Below, piece after piece: positions 25,601 to 36,500 of a stretch of 64,000 nucleotides of DNA (the first letter of the stretch is position 1; each line of letters opens with the position of its first letter). The stretch is from Vitrella brassicaformis CCMP3155. Taxonomy: Eukaryota; Protista; Chromerida. Made by a program: the position numbers and the translations under genes. The stretch is taken from positions 1 through 64,000 of the forward strand of contig CDMY01000069.1 of NCBI GenBank assembly GCA_001179505.1. Reading direction: 5' to 3'. The notes beneath the pieces are model-generated. The model was not told the DNA's origin and made no database searches. It worked only from the letters and a program-made list of their open reading frames with translations.

Positions 25601-25906
25601 CGGAGGCCCTTCCTGCAGGCAGGCAGGCAGGCAGGCAGGCAGCCAACAACACATTGACACCAACCAACAGACACATGGACAGAGAAAATGGTTGGTGCGT
25701 GTGATGACTGACTGACTGACTGACTCACCTGAACGTGTTGGTCGGGTTGCGGCGGCCGACCACCGCCACGACGACACATGCCGTCATCCCTTCCCCCTCC
25801 TGGTGTTGCAACGGCGGCTCCCGCGGCCTTCTTGACCCAGTGCTGCACCTGGGGCCGCCGCTGCTGCTGCCCGGCGCTGCAATTCTTTCTGCGCACCTGC
25901 CTCTTC
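22700..25906 (-). repeat. Tandem mosaic of degenerate module copies (PDQHVQ|EGPPT[KR]RLRL exons plus G-rich 3' segment) and captured gene pieces
   Basis: 22740-23230 resembles 25290-25730 and 30850-31130. 24010-24200 resembles 25729-25906. 23240-23560 resembles 32285-32580. 23770-23875 resembles 33183-33305. 25123-25285 resembles SFI1 33985-34142. Confidence 0.8.
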
Positions 25907-25947
25907 CTGGGATAGATACATACACAAATCAGCCACATCCAATCATG

Positions 25948-26270
25948 CCACATGCATCCCCGCCCCGCCCCTTACATACGTCTTGGTGAGCTGCCGTTGG
26001 TATCTCTGCCCGAGCGCCTCGCTCTTGTCCCTCAGCCCCCTCTGCACCAGCGCCCAGGACCCCCAGCACTTGAAGGTCCGGGCAAAGAGGTTTCGCAGGG
26101 GAATGCTGGCATACACGCCGAGGTGCTGTGAGAGCCGCAGCCGTTGCTCCTTGCCCTGGCGGAGTGCCTGCAGGAGGCTGGCGAACGAGACGCGCTTGAG
26201 CTGCATGTCCCAGTGGCACGAGGCCGACTGGCGGCGAGTCTGCTCGTGAGTGAAGCCATGCACCCATCGG
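25948..26270 (-). pseudogene. Near-identical copy of an SFI1-gene exon (source about 37866-38191)
   Basis: Same peptide, HGFTHEQTRRQSASCHWDMQLKRVSFASLLQALRQGKEQRLRLSQHLGVYASIPLR.LFARTFKCW..WALVQRGL.DKSE.LGQRYQ..LTKT, with the donor site retained. Confidence 0.85.
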
Positions 26271-26570
26271 NNNNNNNNNNNNNNNNNNNNNNNNNNNNNN
26301 NNNNNNNNNNNNNNNNNNNNNNNNNNNNNNNNNNNNNNNNNNNNNNNNNNNNNNNNNNNNNNNNNNNNNNNNNNNNNNNNNNNNNNNNNNNNNNNNNNNN
26401 NNNNNNNNNNNNNNNNNNNNNNNNNNNNNNNNNNNNNNNNNNNNNNNNNNNNNNNNNNNNNNNNNNNNNNNNNNNNNNNNNNNNNNNNNNNNNNNNNNNN
26501 NNNNNNNNNNNNNNNNNNNNNNNNNNNNNNNNNNNNNNNNNNNNNNNNNNNNNNNNNNNNNNNNNNNNNN
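26271..26570. other. Assembly gap (300 N) at the end of a tandem repeat
   Basis: N run. Confidence 0.98.
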
Positions 26571-27045
26571 GCCTGGCGCCGCTGCTCTTTGAGCTCCGCC
26601 TGGTGCTCGTCGCTCAGCGTCTGCAACTCAGTGGTCAGCTGACGCTTCAAACGATCCGCCTGCATTGCACCGAACCCACACCAAATGGATCAGACGGGTG
26701 TCGGCTGAGTGGGTGGGTTGGTGAGAGGGGTTACATACCTCTTGCTTGAGCTTTTCCTCTGACGCGACGGCCCGTTCTTTGTCGAGTTTGAGCTGCTCGG
26801 CCTGGCGCCGCTGCTCTTTGAGCTCCGCCTGGTGCTCGTCGCTCAGCGTCTGCAACTCAGTGGTCAGCTCACGCTTCAAACGATCCGCCTGCATTGCACC
26901 GAACCCACACCAAATGGGTCAGACGGGTGTCGGCTGAGCGGGTGGGTTGGTGAGAGGGGCTACATACCTCTTGCTTGAGCTTTTCCTCCGACGCGACGGC
27001 CCGTTCTTTGTCGAGTTTGAGCTGCTCGGCCTGGCGCCGCTGCTC
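26571..27045 (-). repeat. 229-bp tandem exon-plus-intron duplication (at least 2 units, running into the gap)
   Basis: GCCTGGCGCCGCTGCTC recurs at 26571, 26800 and 27029 (period 229). Each unit is a 150-bp phase-0 exon (ADRLKR...EEKLKQE) plus a GT-AG intron. Confidence 0.9.
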
Positions 27046-27842
27046 GTGGTGACGCGTCTGCTCCTGCACAGCACACATCAGCAGATAGTGCTGATGAGTG
27101 TATCCGTGTGTGACGGCGCCCTGACCTGCTTCAGCTGTCGCGTCGTCTCCTGATAGTTCTGCTCCAACACCGCAATCGACCTAGTCAGCTGCAGACAGGT
27201 AGGCAGTTGGGCAGGCAGGCAGGCAGCACACGGACGCCCATGGTTGATTGCTCGGAGACAAAAATTATGTTGCTTGTATCTCTGTTCCCCCCAGGCGTGC
27301 AGTGCAAAGCAGACGTACCTTATTCTGTTCCTCCTTGAACACGTCAGCCTCCCGACGAGCTTGCCTGACCGACCGGTCCACACCAGCAGCACATATATAC
27401 CGGATGTATGCATGTGGCCTCCCAGGTATAGCTATAGCGACATCCATACATACCTCTGCTTATCGGCTGCTGTCCTGAGGTCCTGTTCCATGGCCGAGAT
27501 TGCGTGAATGCGGTCCTTCTCGCGATGCTCCAGCCGCTCGCACTTGGTCGTCAGGTCCTGACGCTCCAACTCGTAACGGTGACAACTCTCCTGCACACAT
27601 ACACACACGCATGCATTGCATTGCATTGCATCCGCCGATGCGTTCGTCGTGTGCTGTGCGCGTGTCACATGCCCGTGTGTGGTTACAGTACTGACCTCCA
27701 GCTTTCTCCTGAACTCTTCTGCGAGCCGCTTGGCACGCTGCACATCGGCCTGCAGCTCCTCCACACGACGGTCGAGGGCAAGACGGTCGTTAAGAGCAGA
27801 TGGCGACAAGCGCCTTCCCAGCAAAGGATGCATGTGTATCAT
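26571..27842 (-). CDS. Coiled-coil protein, multi-exon; 3' end lost in the gap
   Basis: Spliced heptad-rich exons: LALDRRVEELQADVQRAKRLAEEFRRKLE|ESCHRYELERQDLTTKCERLEHREKDRIHAISAMEQDLR|...SIAVLEQNYQETTRQLKQ|EQTRHHEQRRQAEQLKLDKERAVASEEKLKQE|ADRLKRELTTELQ... Confidence 0.7.
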
Positions 27843-28170
27843 ATGTTGCGGCGATATCCGCCAAGGCGGCCGTGGCGCATATGCTGCTGAATTCAGCATT
27901 TTGTCAGCCTTTTAGACCCACGTTTTATGGCTGTTTGTTTTGCGGAAATACAAGCTCGCAAGCTCCCCACAGAGATTCGAGAAGGCATACGGCGAGGAGG
28001 AGAATTGCAGAGCGCTCAACAGAGAGGCAAGTGAATGATTTTCGGTCTCGTGAGGGCCTAGCCGTGTTTGCTTGTGTTTACTTGTGTTGCTCGCTGCGGC
28101 CGAGAGATCCGCATGGCCGGCCATCCAAGACTAAGAAGACTTTCATCGTCATCGATGACGTCGGTGCGTA

Positions 28171-28679
28171 ATGACACTCGAAGAGGCGGGAGATCAGCTC
28201 ATTCATGCAGAGAGAAGACGTGTCTGGCCTGCTACTGTATCTTGGCCGTGGGCGGTTGTCTTGGCCGTGGGCATCGCTATCGACGTTTTCACGACAGCAT
28301 TTCAGTCATCGGCCACGACGGTGGCACAAAACGGCATGGCAGCAGCCATGCAGCGTGTGTCACTCATTAACTTCCCACTCAGCAGAGTACAGCCATGTGT
28401 GAGGCCGGCGATTGGCAGCGGGACCGGGATGTGCACCCACGTGACGACAACAGTGACGTGCAGATCAACTACCATGGTCTTCCTGAGCCAGTGGCTGGAG
28501 GAGGGCACTCAGGTCATGCTGCTGATGACGTCGGAGGGCATGTTGACGGCGCCGGCAGGACGACAAGTATGTTCGAGGCCCGACTTATCGACGACACTCG
28601 GCTGGCTACAGGCACAACTGAGGATGAGTTCTTCGCGAGAAGGGGGTAAAGCTGGTACCTCAACCCATCGGTGGACGTT

Positions 28680-28721
<42 letters not shown>

Positions 28722-29065
28722 TGTGTGGCTCAGTGAGTTGGGCCAAGTTACGGCGACAGCGTCGTTGAGTGTGATCCATCCACAAGGGCCACTTGAACAA
28801 CTCCATCAAGGTCCTCGGGCCATACCTCCCACAAACAGCACGTAAGCGGACACACACACCCACACGTGCGCGTCACAACACGCGCACGTGGCTGGCATGC
28901 ACATCTGGGTGGTGTGTGGTTGTATTGATTGCAGCCCAGGCCGGGGGTTACCCAGAGGGCGGTGCGTTGTATGCGCGGTGCCCCCAGACGGTCATCGCCA
29001 GGGAGGGCAAAACGCCTGCAAGATATGAGCACCACTGTGTTCGTTCTTCTCCGCCCATAAACTAA
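28171..29065 (+). CDS. Possible hypothetical protein with a hydrophobic N-terminal segment
   Basis: ATG-initiated ORF at 28171 (WPWAVVLAVGIAIDVFTTAF), divergent from the coiled-coil gene. No family recognised and the downstream exons are uncertain. Confidence 0.25.
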
Positions 29066-29706
29066 CTCGCCGGACGCTTGAGCTGTCTCGGCCTGCCTGA
29101 TGTGTGCCACACACAATGCAAGGCAGAGACCGGTATGGTATGCACGCACATAATTGATGGTCGATTTCCCGGTGGATGCAGCCAGGATGCGGGGAGACTC
29201 AGACACGTGTGTTCTCTTGTGTCCTACTTCCGTGGTTGCGATGCATATCTGTGAAGTGGACTGGCGGGCGAATGTCTAGGAGAGTCCCACAAATATGAAA
29301 TGCAGACAGCGATCTACAGACACATCAGACCTAGCCGCTCCACCCCTCTCTCGCTGCCACCCTGCCTTTGCCCTCCCTGCCACGTTCCCCGTATCTATCA
29401 GCCCCTCTTCCTGTCCATCCATCCGTCCATCCAACGTGTCTGCTCACCGAGGGGTTACCGAGTGAGTCGTGTGAACTCCTACCAACAGAACACACCGAAT
29501 ATGCGTCCCGAAAGAACAAACTGTACGTACGCTACGCATTGCAATGAAGCTGTCCATCCATCCATCAGCCAGTCAGCCAGTCAGTCATCAGTTATGAACA
29601 CAAGACAGTCACCATGAATACAAGCCTGCCCCTCCCTCCCTCCCTCCCTGCCTTTATCGGTATCATTATCGGTATCGTTATCGGCTGCTGCTGGGGTATC
29701 CCGCCG

Positions 29707-30273
29707 TCAGCTCCTTGGTCGATGGTTGACGGTGCTGGCTCCTGGTCGATAGGCAGGGCTGCCCATGCCGCCGTGAGACTCCGAGAAGGGGGTTGGTCGG
29801 ACGGATGGCCTGCGTTGGTGGTGGCGTGTGGTGGGTCGAGCAGCAGCGGGGCGGCTGTCTTGGTCGGGCACCAGGTCGGGGTATTGCGTGCGGAGTTCTG
29901 CCGCTGTCGCAGGTGTCAGCAGCGCGGCCGGCCTCGACCAGTGATAGCCACCACCATCACTACCGCCAGATGGCTGCTCGCCGCCCCCCATGTGGCCTGC
30001 CCTGTCTTCTGTCTGCACCGCTGCGTCGCGTGTCTCGACCGTGGCTGTGGCTGCGGCTTTGCCGAAAGGGATGCCGGTCCTCTTGCAGACGTCGTGGCCG
30101 TAGGTGTCCAGCAGAAAGCGGCGCGTCGTGCTGCGATCGTAGCAGCAGCCGCAGCTGGCCGGGCACTTAAAGTAATGGACCCCATTTGGCCTGCCGTACT
30201 CCACCATTACACTCCAGCATGTGACGCACAAGACGACGCCGCAGCAGCTGCACTTGCAGGCCCAAGCGGGCTC
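29707..30273 (-). pseudogene. RING-like (RBR RING1/U-box-resembling) Cys-rich coding fragment embedded between module copies
   Basis: Reads EPAWACKCSCCGVVLCVTCWSVMVEYGRPNGVHYFKCPASCGCCYDRSTTRRFLL, resembling the C-G-x-x-x-C-x-x-C-W...C-P-x-x-C second half of an RBR RING1. An in-frame TGA lies just upstream and no start was found. Confidence 0.45.
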
Positions 30274-30287
30274 TCATCCACACTGCA

Positions 30288-31265
30288 TGGAAGCCACATG
30301 CAGAGTGCACCGGACCCTGCAGGGTGTGCGCTTCGGATTCCTCCTCACCTGCCAGGCGGCAGCAGGGTCACTGACAGGGCCACATACATGGCTCCTTTGC
30401 GGCGCTACAGGCACTCTTGGAAGGCGGAAAGCTGGAACCTGCAAAAACGAACACGCGTTGTGTGCATGTTTGTATGTTTGTAAGTTTGTAAGTTTGGATG
30501 GATGGATGGATGGATACCTACTCGAGCAGCATGGTCTTGGCCCGCTCCTTCTCCAAGGCGATCTCCAACCACACCGCACCTCTCGCACTGGGGCTGACGA
30601 GTAGGGCGTTCAACTCGTGCTACACACACAACAGACATGAACAGCCATACCTTCATTGCATGTGTGCCTTTCGTTTGTCTTGTATGCTGCTGATGGCTCC
30701 CCGCAGTCGCCAAATCTTCTCGCGCTCAGCGTCGTTGTAGTCGAAGAGATGCCTCTTGGCCGCCTCCACCAGCTCCCTAAGAACACTCTCTCGGCCGAGT
30801 CGGCGGCCGCTGGCTCTGAATGCCGACCCCTTCTGGTGTGCATCCACGTCAGAGATATAATTTATGTGGATTGACCAAGGCATACATACACACATACGTT
30901 ATGTGTGTGTGTCGCCTTCCTTATCTCAGTGCGGGGAGGTGAAATGTAATGAACCTCTTGGCGGCCTCCTTGTCCAGCCGCAGCCGTCTTGTCGGAGGCC
31001 CTTCCTGCAGCAGGCAGCCAGGCAGCCAACAACACATTGACACCAACCAACAGAGACGTAGACAGAGAAGGTGGCTGGTGCGTGTGATGACTGACTGGGT
31101 GACTGACTGACTCACCTGAACGTGTTGGTCGGGTTGCGAGCAGCGCCACGAAGACACGTGCCGTCATTCCTTTCCCTCCTGGTGTTGCGGCGGCGGCTCA
31201 GCAAATACGTCCATGGATATAAAATGTAGGCAACGATTGCCTACGGGCACGACAGGATGCCAGTC
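30288..31265 (-). pseudogene. Inverted copy of the 11250-12263 module
   Basis: Same exons (MDVFAEPPPQHQEG; EGPPTRRLRLDKEAAKRF; RESVLRELVEAAKRHLFDYNDAEREKIWRLRGA; AVWLEIALEKERAKTMLLE; FQLSAFQECL*). The exon-2 donor is mutated from GT to AT (about 30923-30924). Confidence 0.8.
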
Positions 31266-31779
31266 GACACGAACATTGGGTACTCACGACAGTATTGCGA
31301 ACGAGTGTCGACCCTCTGCAGCGCAAGTTTGGTCGATGAATCTGGTGCGTACCGTGCGGCGTCGCTTTTCCCTGACACACTCCTTCCCGTATCTTCCTGA
31401 TTGTGTGGGCTTCGGCTTTGGTTGGGGAGGCACTGGGATGGGTGTACACATACACAAACACATACACAGGTGCGCAATCGTGCTCCCACGCTTGCCTACT
31501 CTGCCACGTTGGAGACGGCCACTCTCCGAGGAAGCACCACCAGTATTCTCTCCTCCTCTTCGGCCAAAGCCATCAAAATTGGCACCTGTGCATTCAATCA
31601 ACAGATGCGCGCACACACACACACATACGTGTCTAAGCAAGTCAATCCGAATGCTTGGTTGGCGGTGCCTCAAAGAACACGGAGGAGCCTGCCGCGCGCA
31701 CAAGAGAGAATGCATTGAAGGGGCTGGAGGAGGGAGGTATGTCAATGACACACCTTGGCGATGTCTGCACGGGACGCAG

Positions 31780-32880
31780 GCTGTGTGAGTGCTGCAGCAG
31801 CCGGCGGCTCACGATGCGGCTGACGCAGACAGACAGACAGACAGATGGGAGTGTGTAAACGTGTCTGTCCACGAAGACCCACCGGCGCACCCACCTGATG
31901 CTGTCGAGTGCCTTTGTGCAGTGCTCCTTATTGCCCCTGCTGCCCTCCTTCGCCTCGGCTTCGGCGGCCGCATTGTCAGAAAGCCGCTCCTGCATTTCCT
32001 CGACAGCGATCTCGTCAGCAGTGCCGTTCTGGACGACGACGGCCCTGTCAGGAGCCTTGGCCGATTGGGGGGTGTTGCTGTCGGCCGGTGGGGTGGCCTT
32101 GCCCTTGCCAAGCGATAGGGTGGCCTGCTTGACCTTTGGGGGACGGGCCGTCTTGGCCGCTGCCTCGTTGGCAGAGCCCTCTCCGCTGTCGGGCTTGGGC
32201 CTCCTCTCCCTCTGCCTGCCCCCATCAATCCCCCTGTTCCTCACGCCAGAATGAGACTTGTTCCTCTGCACCCCCGCCACATCCTGCTGCCCTTGCTGCT
32301 GCAGCTGCTGGACTGGGATGGGTGTGGGGGGTGAGCCTACACGAGAGAGAAATAAGGGAAACGATGAACGTGATGTTGCACCACGGTGAGTGATCTACCA
32401 TGGTGGCCATGGGGTGGCGCGGAGAGGCTCCTCAGGCGAGTGGCAGGCCGCTGGGCGTACTGCAAGAAGGTGCCGCTGACGGTCAGCTGCCAACCAGGAG
32501 GCGGCTCCATACGCACACCAGACAAACGGTGCACTAAGGCGGACACGGTGGCCGTGTGGTGCTCTACCACACAGCCGGCTGTGAGAGTGCTGCAGCAGCC
32601 GGCGGCCCACGATGCGGCTGACAGGAGACAGACAGACAGAGATGGGAGTGTGTAAACGTGTCTGTCCACGAAGACCCACCGGCGCACCCACCTGATGCTG
32701 TCGAGTGCCTTTGTGCAGTGCTCCTTATTGCCCCTGCTGCCCTCCTTCGCCTCGGCTTCGGCGGCCGCATTGTCAGAAAGCCACTCCTGCATTTCCTCGA
32801 CAGCGATCTCGTCAGCAGTGCCGTTCTGGACGACGACGGCCATGTCAGCAGTGCCGTTCTGGACGACGACGGCCCTCACG
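31780..32880 (-). repeat. Two local duplicates of a chimeric exon (VVQNGTADEIAVEEMQE.LSDNAAAEAEAKEG...) fused to an SFI1 exon end and intron
   Basis: 31790-32045 resembles 32580-32840. Both end in TKALDSIR|GT plus intron, matching SFI1 38380-38510 (TKALNSIR|). 32805-32840 and 32842-32875 form an internal tandem repeat. Confidence 0.75.
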
Positions 32881-33519
32881 ACGGCTTGAACGCCAAGAAG
32901 CTAAATAAAAGTAAAACGTGGCGCCAGCGTGGATCTTGTGGGAGGGCGGCTGGCGAAGAGAACAGGTGAAAAGGGGCAGAGATGGAGGAGAAAAACAGCA
33001 CAAACTGTGTGGCAAATCTGATAGATTACATCGTCTCTGTCCCCGGCGAGAATTCTCGACACGGCGGTCAAATTCACGCGGAAAGGCACTGAGGCCACGT
33101 TTCGCTTGTCGAATTGACCACAGCTGACTTCCCACCCGTCACGCCATCCCGACAAGTCAGCTGAAAGCCTCCAAGGATGCTTGGATCTGTGGACTTATCC
33201 CAGGATGAGTTCAGGAGGCGTATCTCCGCCTGCTGGGTACTTCTACGTATGAATGCATGTCTGTCTGTCTGTCTGTCGTCAATGTGTGTATGCGGATGGA
33301 CATGTGATGCACTCATGGATGGACGTATCTGTCAGTCGAATGAATGAATGCACCCACCAACATTTGTCGACGAAACACCACAGAAGCTGTCGAAGCCATC
33401 TTTCTGTACACGCTTGCTACGGTAGTCAAATCCCAAGTGACCGCGTCAGAAGCAGAAACCGCCCACATCCCCCACCCCACCTTACAAACAATCCCGACCA
33501 TCAGCCCACATCTACCTCC

Positions 33520-36500
33520 CTATGACCACTGGTCATCCCTCAGACCGCCTGCGCCATTCTGTCGATGCTGATGCTGCCTCGGCAGCTGCGATATCGGCGG
33601 CAACGGCATCGGCTCCCTCCGATATTCACGCCGACTACGATGGCTCGGGTACGAGCGCTGGGCTGACGCGCTCCTCTGCAAATGCTGACCGGGGCCTGGG
33701 CGAGGCTGCACACTGTCGGCCGATCGGACATTGGTGGACCGAGCTGCCACAGCTGCCAGGGTGGACTGAGCCGCCTCTGCGTGTTGCGAGGCCGCCATCA
33801 TGGTGGACATGTCGGTGATGTTGCGCGACATGGCCTCCGTCGCAAAGGCGGTAGTGTCGTCACACCCGTCATCGAAGCTCGCCGGGTGGAAGGGGACAGA
33901 TGATGCTGGTCGAGCTGCCGGCCCGGCCGACTTGCTGACGATGCCGAGGCTGCCCCTGGACACCTCCTGGGGGCCCTCGCCCCTCACCTGACGCTCCAGG
34001 TGAGTCACCCAGACGGGCAGATAGACCAAGACGAAGTCAGCGAGTGTGTTGATGACTGTCTTGGAGAGGTGGTCCGAGAGCGACAGGCCGATGAGCACGG
34101 GTGAGGAGGGCGAGGAGGGGGAGTGCCGGAGGGAGGGGGGCAGCACGTCACACCAGTCCGGGTCAAAGTGATCGGGGGGCCTTCTCGATGGCGACGCAGC
34201 TGCTGCAGCAGCTGCGACTGATGGGGCGTGGGGTCTGGGGTGTGAGAATGTGGGGGATTGCAGCCGGGCGGCCGCTGACCGGAGGGCCAGGAACAGCTGG
34301 TCGGAGCTGCCAGGGGCCAGGACGGAACCAACCTACACCCATCCACGCAGAGATAGATAGATACACTTGCATTCCATGCCGTGTGCGGTGTGTGCTGTGG
34401 CCTTACGTCTTGCAGAAGATTTTCGAGTCTTGTCCTGGCTTTGTTCCACTTGGGGCTGTCCATCCGCAGCACTGCCTCACTCGCCTTCCAGCGACACAGA
34501 GGCCACCTGTATGATATGCACACACGGCCAGTGGACCACATACACACACATAACTATATATATCCAAGTCCGCTCCGTCCCCAGTGTGTCACCCACTCGT
34601 TGTTACCTCTCCGGTGCGTCAGAGTATCGTCCCCTGTGCATGTTCCTTGCGGCCCTCCTCCAGCGCATGATGGAGTCCTGCATCTGTTCACGCCACCAGG
34701 CCACGTCCATCAACACTCCCAGCGGGGGGAAACCCACACCACCACCACGAGCGTTAGACACCCCACGAGGCTCGTCCTGACACAAAGACCCGAGCAGGAA
34801 CGACACACCCATGCCATGGATGGAATGAAGGAGGCCATTGGGTGCGTGCTGTTCCATTCCATTCCATGCACCTGTTTCTTGATCCGCCCCCACATGATTT
34901 GCAGTGTCGGGTTGCGCCGCATGGCCTGCAGCCACCCCAGCCGGTCCAGCCACAGATGGTCGGCGGCATGCCGGTCCAGGAAATGGAGCGCACGCAGCTT
35001 CCTGCCCACGCCGCACAACCTGAATGCCATGATACGATACACACATAGCGAGTGGATGGATGGATGCGTCAGTCATCCGTCGATTCGATGGGGGCTGGGC
35101 TGCTGTGGCCTCACTTGTGGAGGGCGTCCTGCATGGCGCAAGTGCGGTTCATTGCGAGTCGCCTGGTCAGCAGGTACCTCAGTCGCTGCCTGTCGTGTGT
35201 CATGGCCTGCCAGGCACGCCATATGCGACGCAGCCGATCCTCCCGGTGGAACTGACTCACCACCTGCACACATGACATGACACCCACCAATCCAATCCCT
35301 CTGCCAGAAACTGCATCTCCCCTCCACTGCATCTCCGCTCCAGTTACCTGGAGGAGCCTCTGGTGGTCTTTGGACATGCGGACATACTGCACCCAGACGC
35401 CCCATATGTGCCGCAAGCAGTGCTCCGACGCCATCCGACGCGCCTCGTCCGTCGAGCGACGCCGACGGCGGTGCCGCGCCGCCCAGCCCTGCCAGTGGTG
35501 CGTCCGTGTGCGCAACACCTGATACATTCATTGATCCATCCAGACATTTCGCCAGAAATCGTTGGGTGTGTGTGTAGGGGCTGACCTTGCGTTGCTGCAT
35601 GTGTGCAAAGGATCGCTGTGCGTCCTGTTGGATGCGCCTTGAGTGGAGGGCGTGGAGGTGCATGGCGTCGAAGCATCTCCTCTGCAGCTGGTGTGCGTAG
35701 TGCACGTCGGTGAGCTGGGCGCACTTGAGCTGCATGGCTGTGAAGTGACGCCACATAGCGAAATAGGCTACCACCGTCGACGATGCACGGCGGCGGAGGA
35801 TCTATGAAAAGGGGCCAAGACAGAAGCTAGTATTTACATCTCTCTCTCTCTCTGTGTGTGTGTGTGCGTGTGTGTCTGGGTGGGCTGACCTGTTTGTTTC
35901 TCGTCTTTCGTTGTGTCCAGGCCCGCCACTCGCCGACCACGGCCGCCTTGAGGTGTGGCAGCCGAGCAGCTATGAAGGACGACGCCTTCCGACGCAACTG
36001 AAGCAAGGCACACAGACAGACAGACAGACAGACGTCCATGGCGTGGATGGTACGTGGGGCGTTCTGTCTGATCGATGTCCATGTAACTAAGGTACCTGTG
36101 CCCTGGTGCGTGTCTGTTGTGCCCACGCTGCGACTGCGATGGCGAGCAGCTTCTCGTCAGACAGTATGCCCAGCTAATTGATACATTGATTACACACACG
36201 GAAATACGGACAGAGAGCGTATGTATGTCTGTGTGTGGTTGTGTGTGAGAGATGGGGTCTGCTTGGGTTGCCTACCCGCCTGTAGAGCTGCCGTCGCCGA
36301 GTCCACCACACCCACTGCTGCAGCGACTGCACAACACACACATACACACAAACGTGAACGCACCCCAGCAAATGTATGTTATGTTTCCTCAAGTGAGCCA
36401 TCAGTGAGTGAGTGAGTAGCTCGGTCGGTCACCTTTCTGGCATTGTTGGCGGTTGTGTGCTTGACGAGTGTGTTGTGGGCGTGCCTGTGCATCCGGCGAG

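Noticed and set aside
26571-27045. Regularly spaced repeats as a possible CRISPR array
   Set aside because: Whole 229-bp units are repeated with no unique spacers, they encode a spliced coiled-coil exon, and no cas genes are present.
30274-30276. In-frame TGA before the Cys-rich RING-like ORF as selenocysteine or readthrough
   Set aside because: No SECIS identified, and the surrounding module copy is frameshifted and has a mutated donor, so decay is the simpler explanation.
32105-32135. KQATLSLG as a PCNA-interacting PIP box
   Set aside because: It lacks the two aromatic residues and lies in a degenerate chimeric fragment.
10830-33310. Autonomous transposon (Helitron, DDE, LTR/LINE) explaining the repeats
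   Set aside because: No Rep/helicase, transposase, integrase or RT motifs in any ORF, and no convincing TIRs, LTRs, TSDs or CTRR-hairpin end found by eye. Kept only as a hypothesis for a non-autonomous element.
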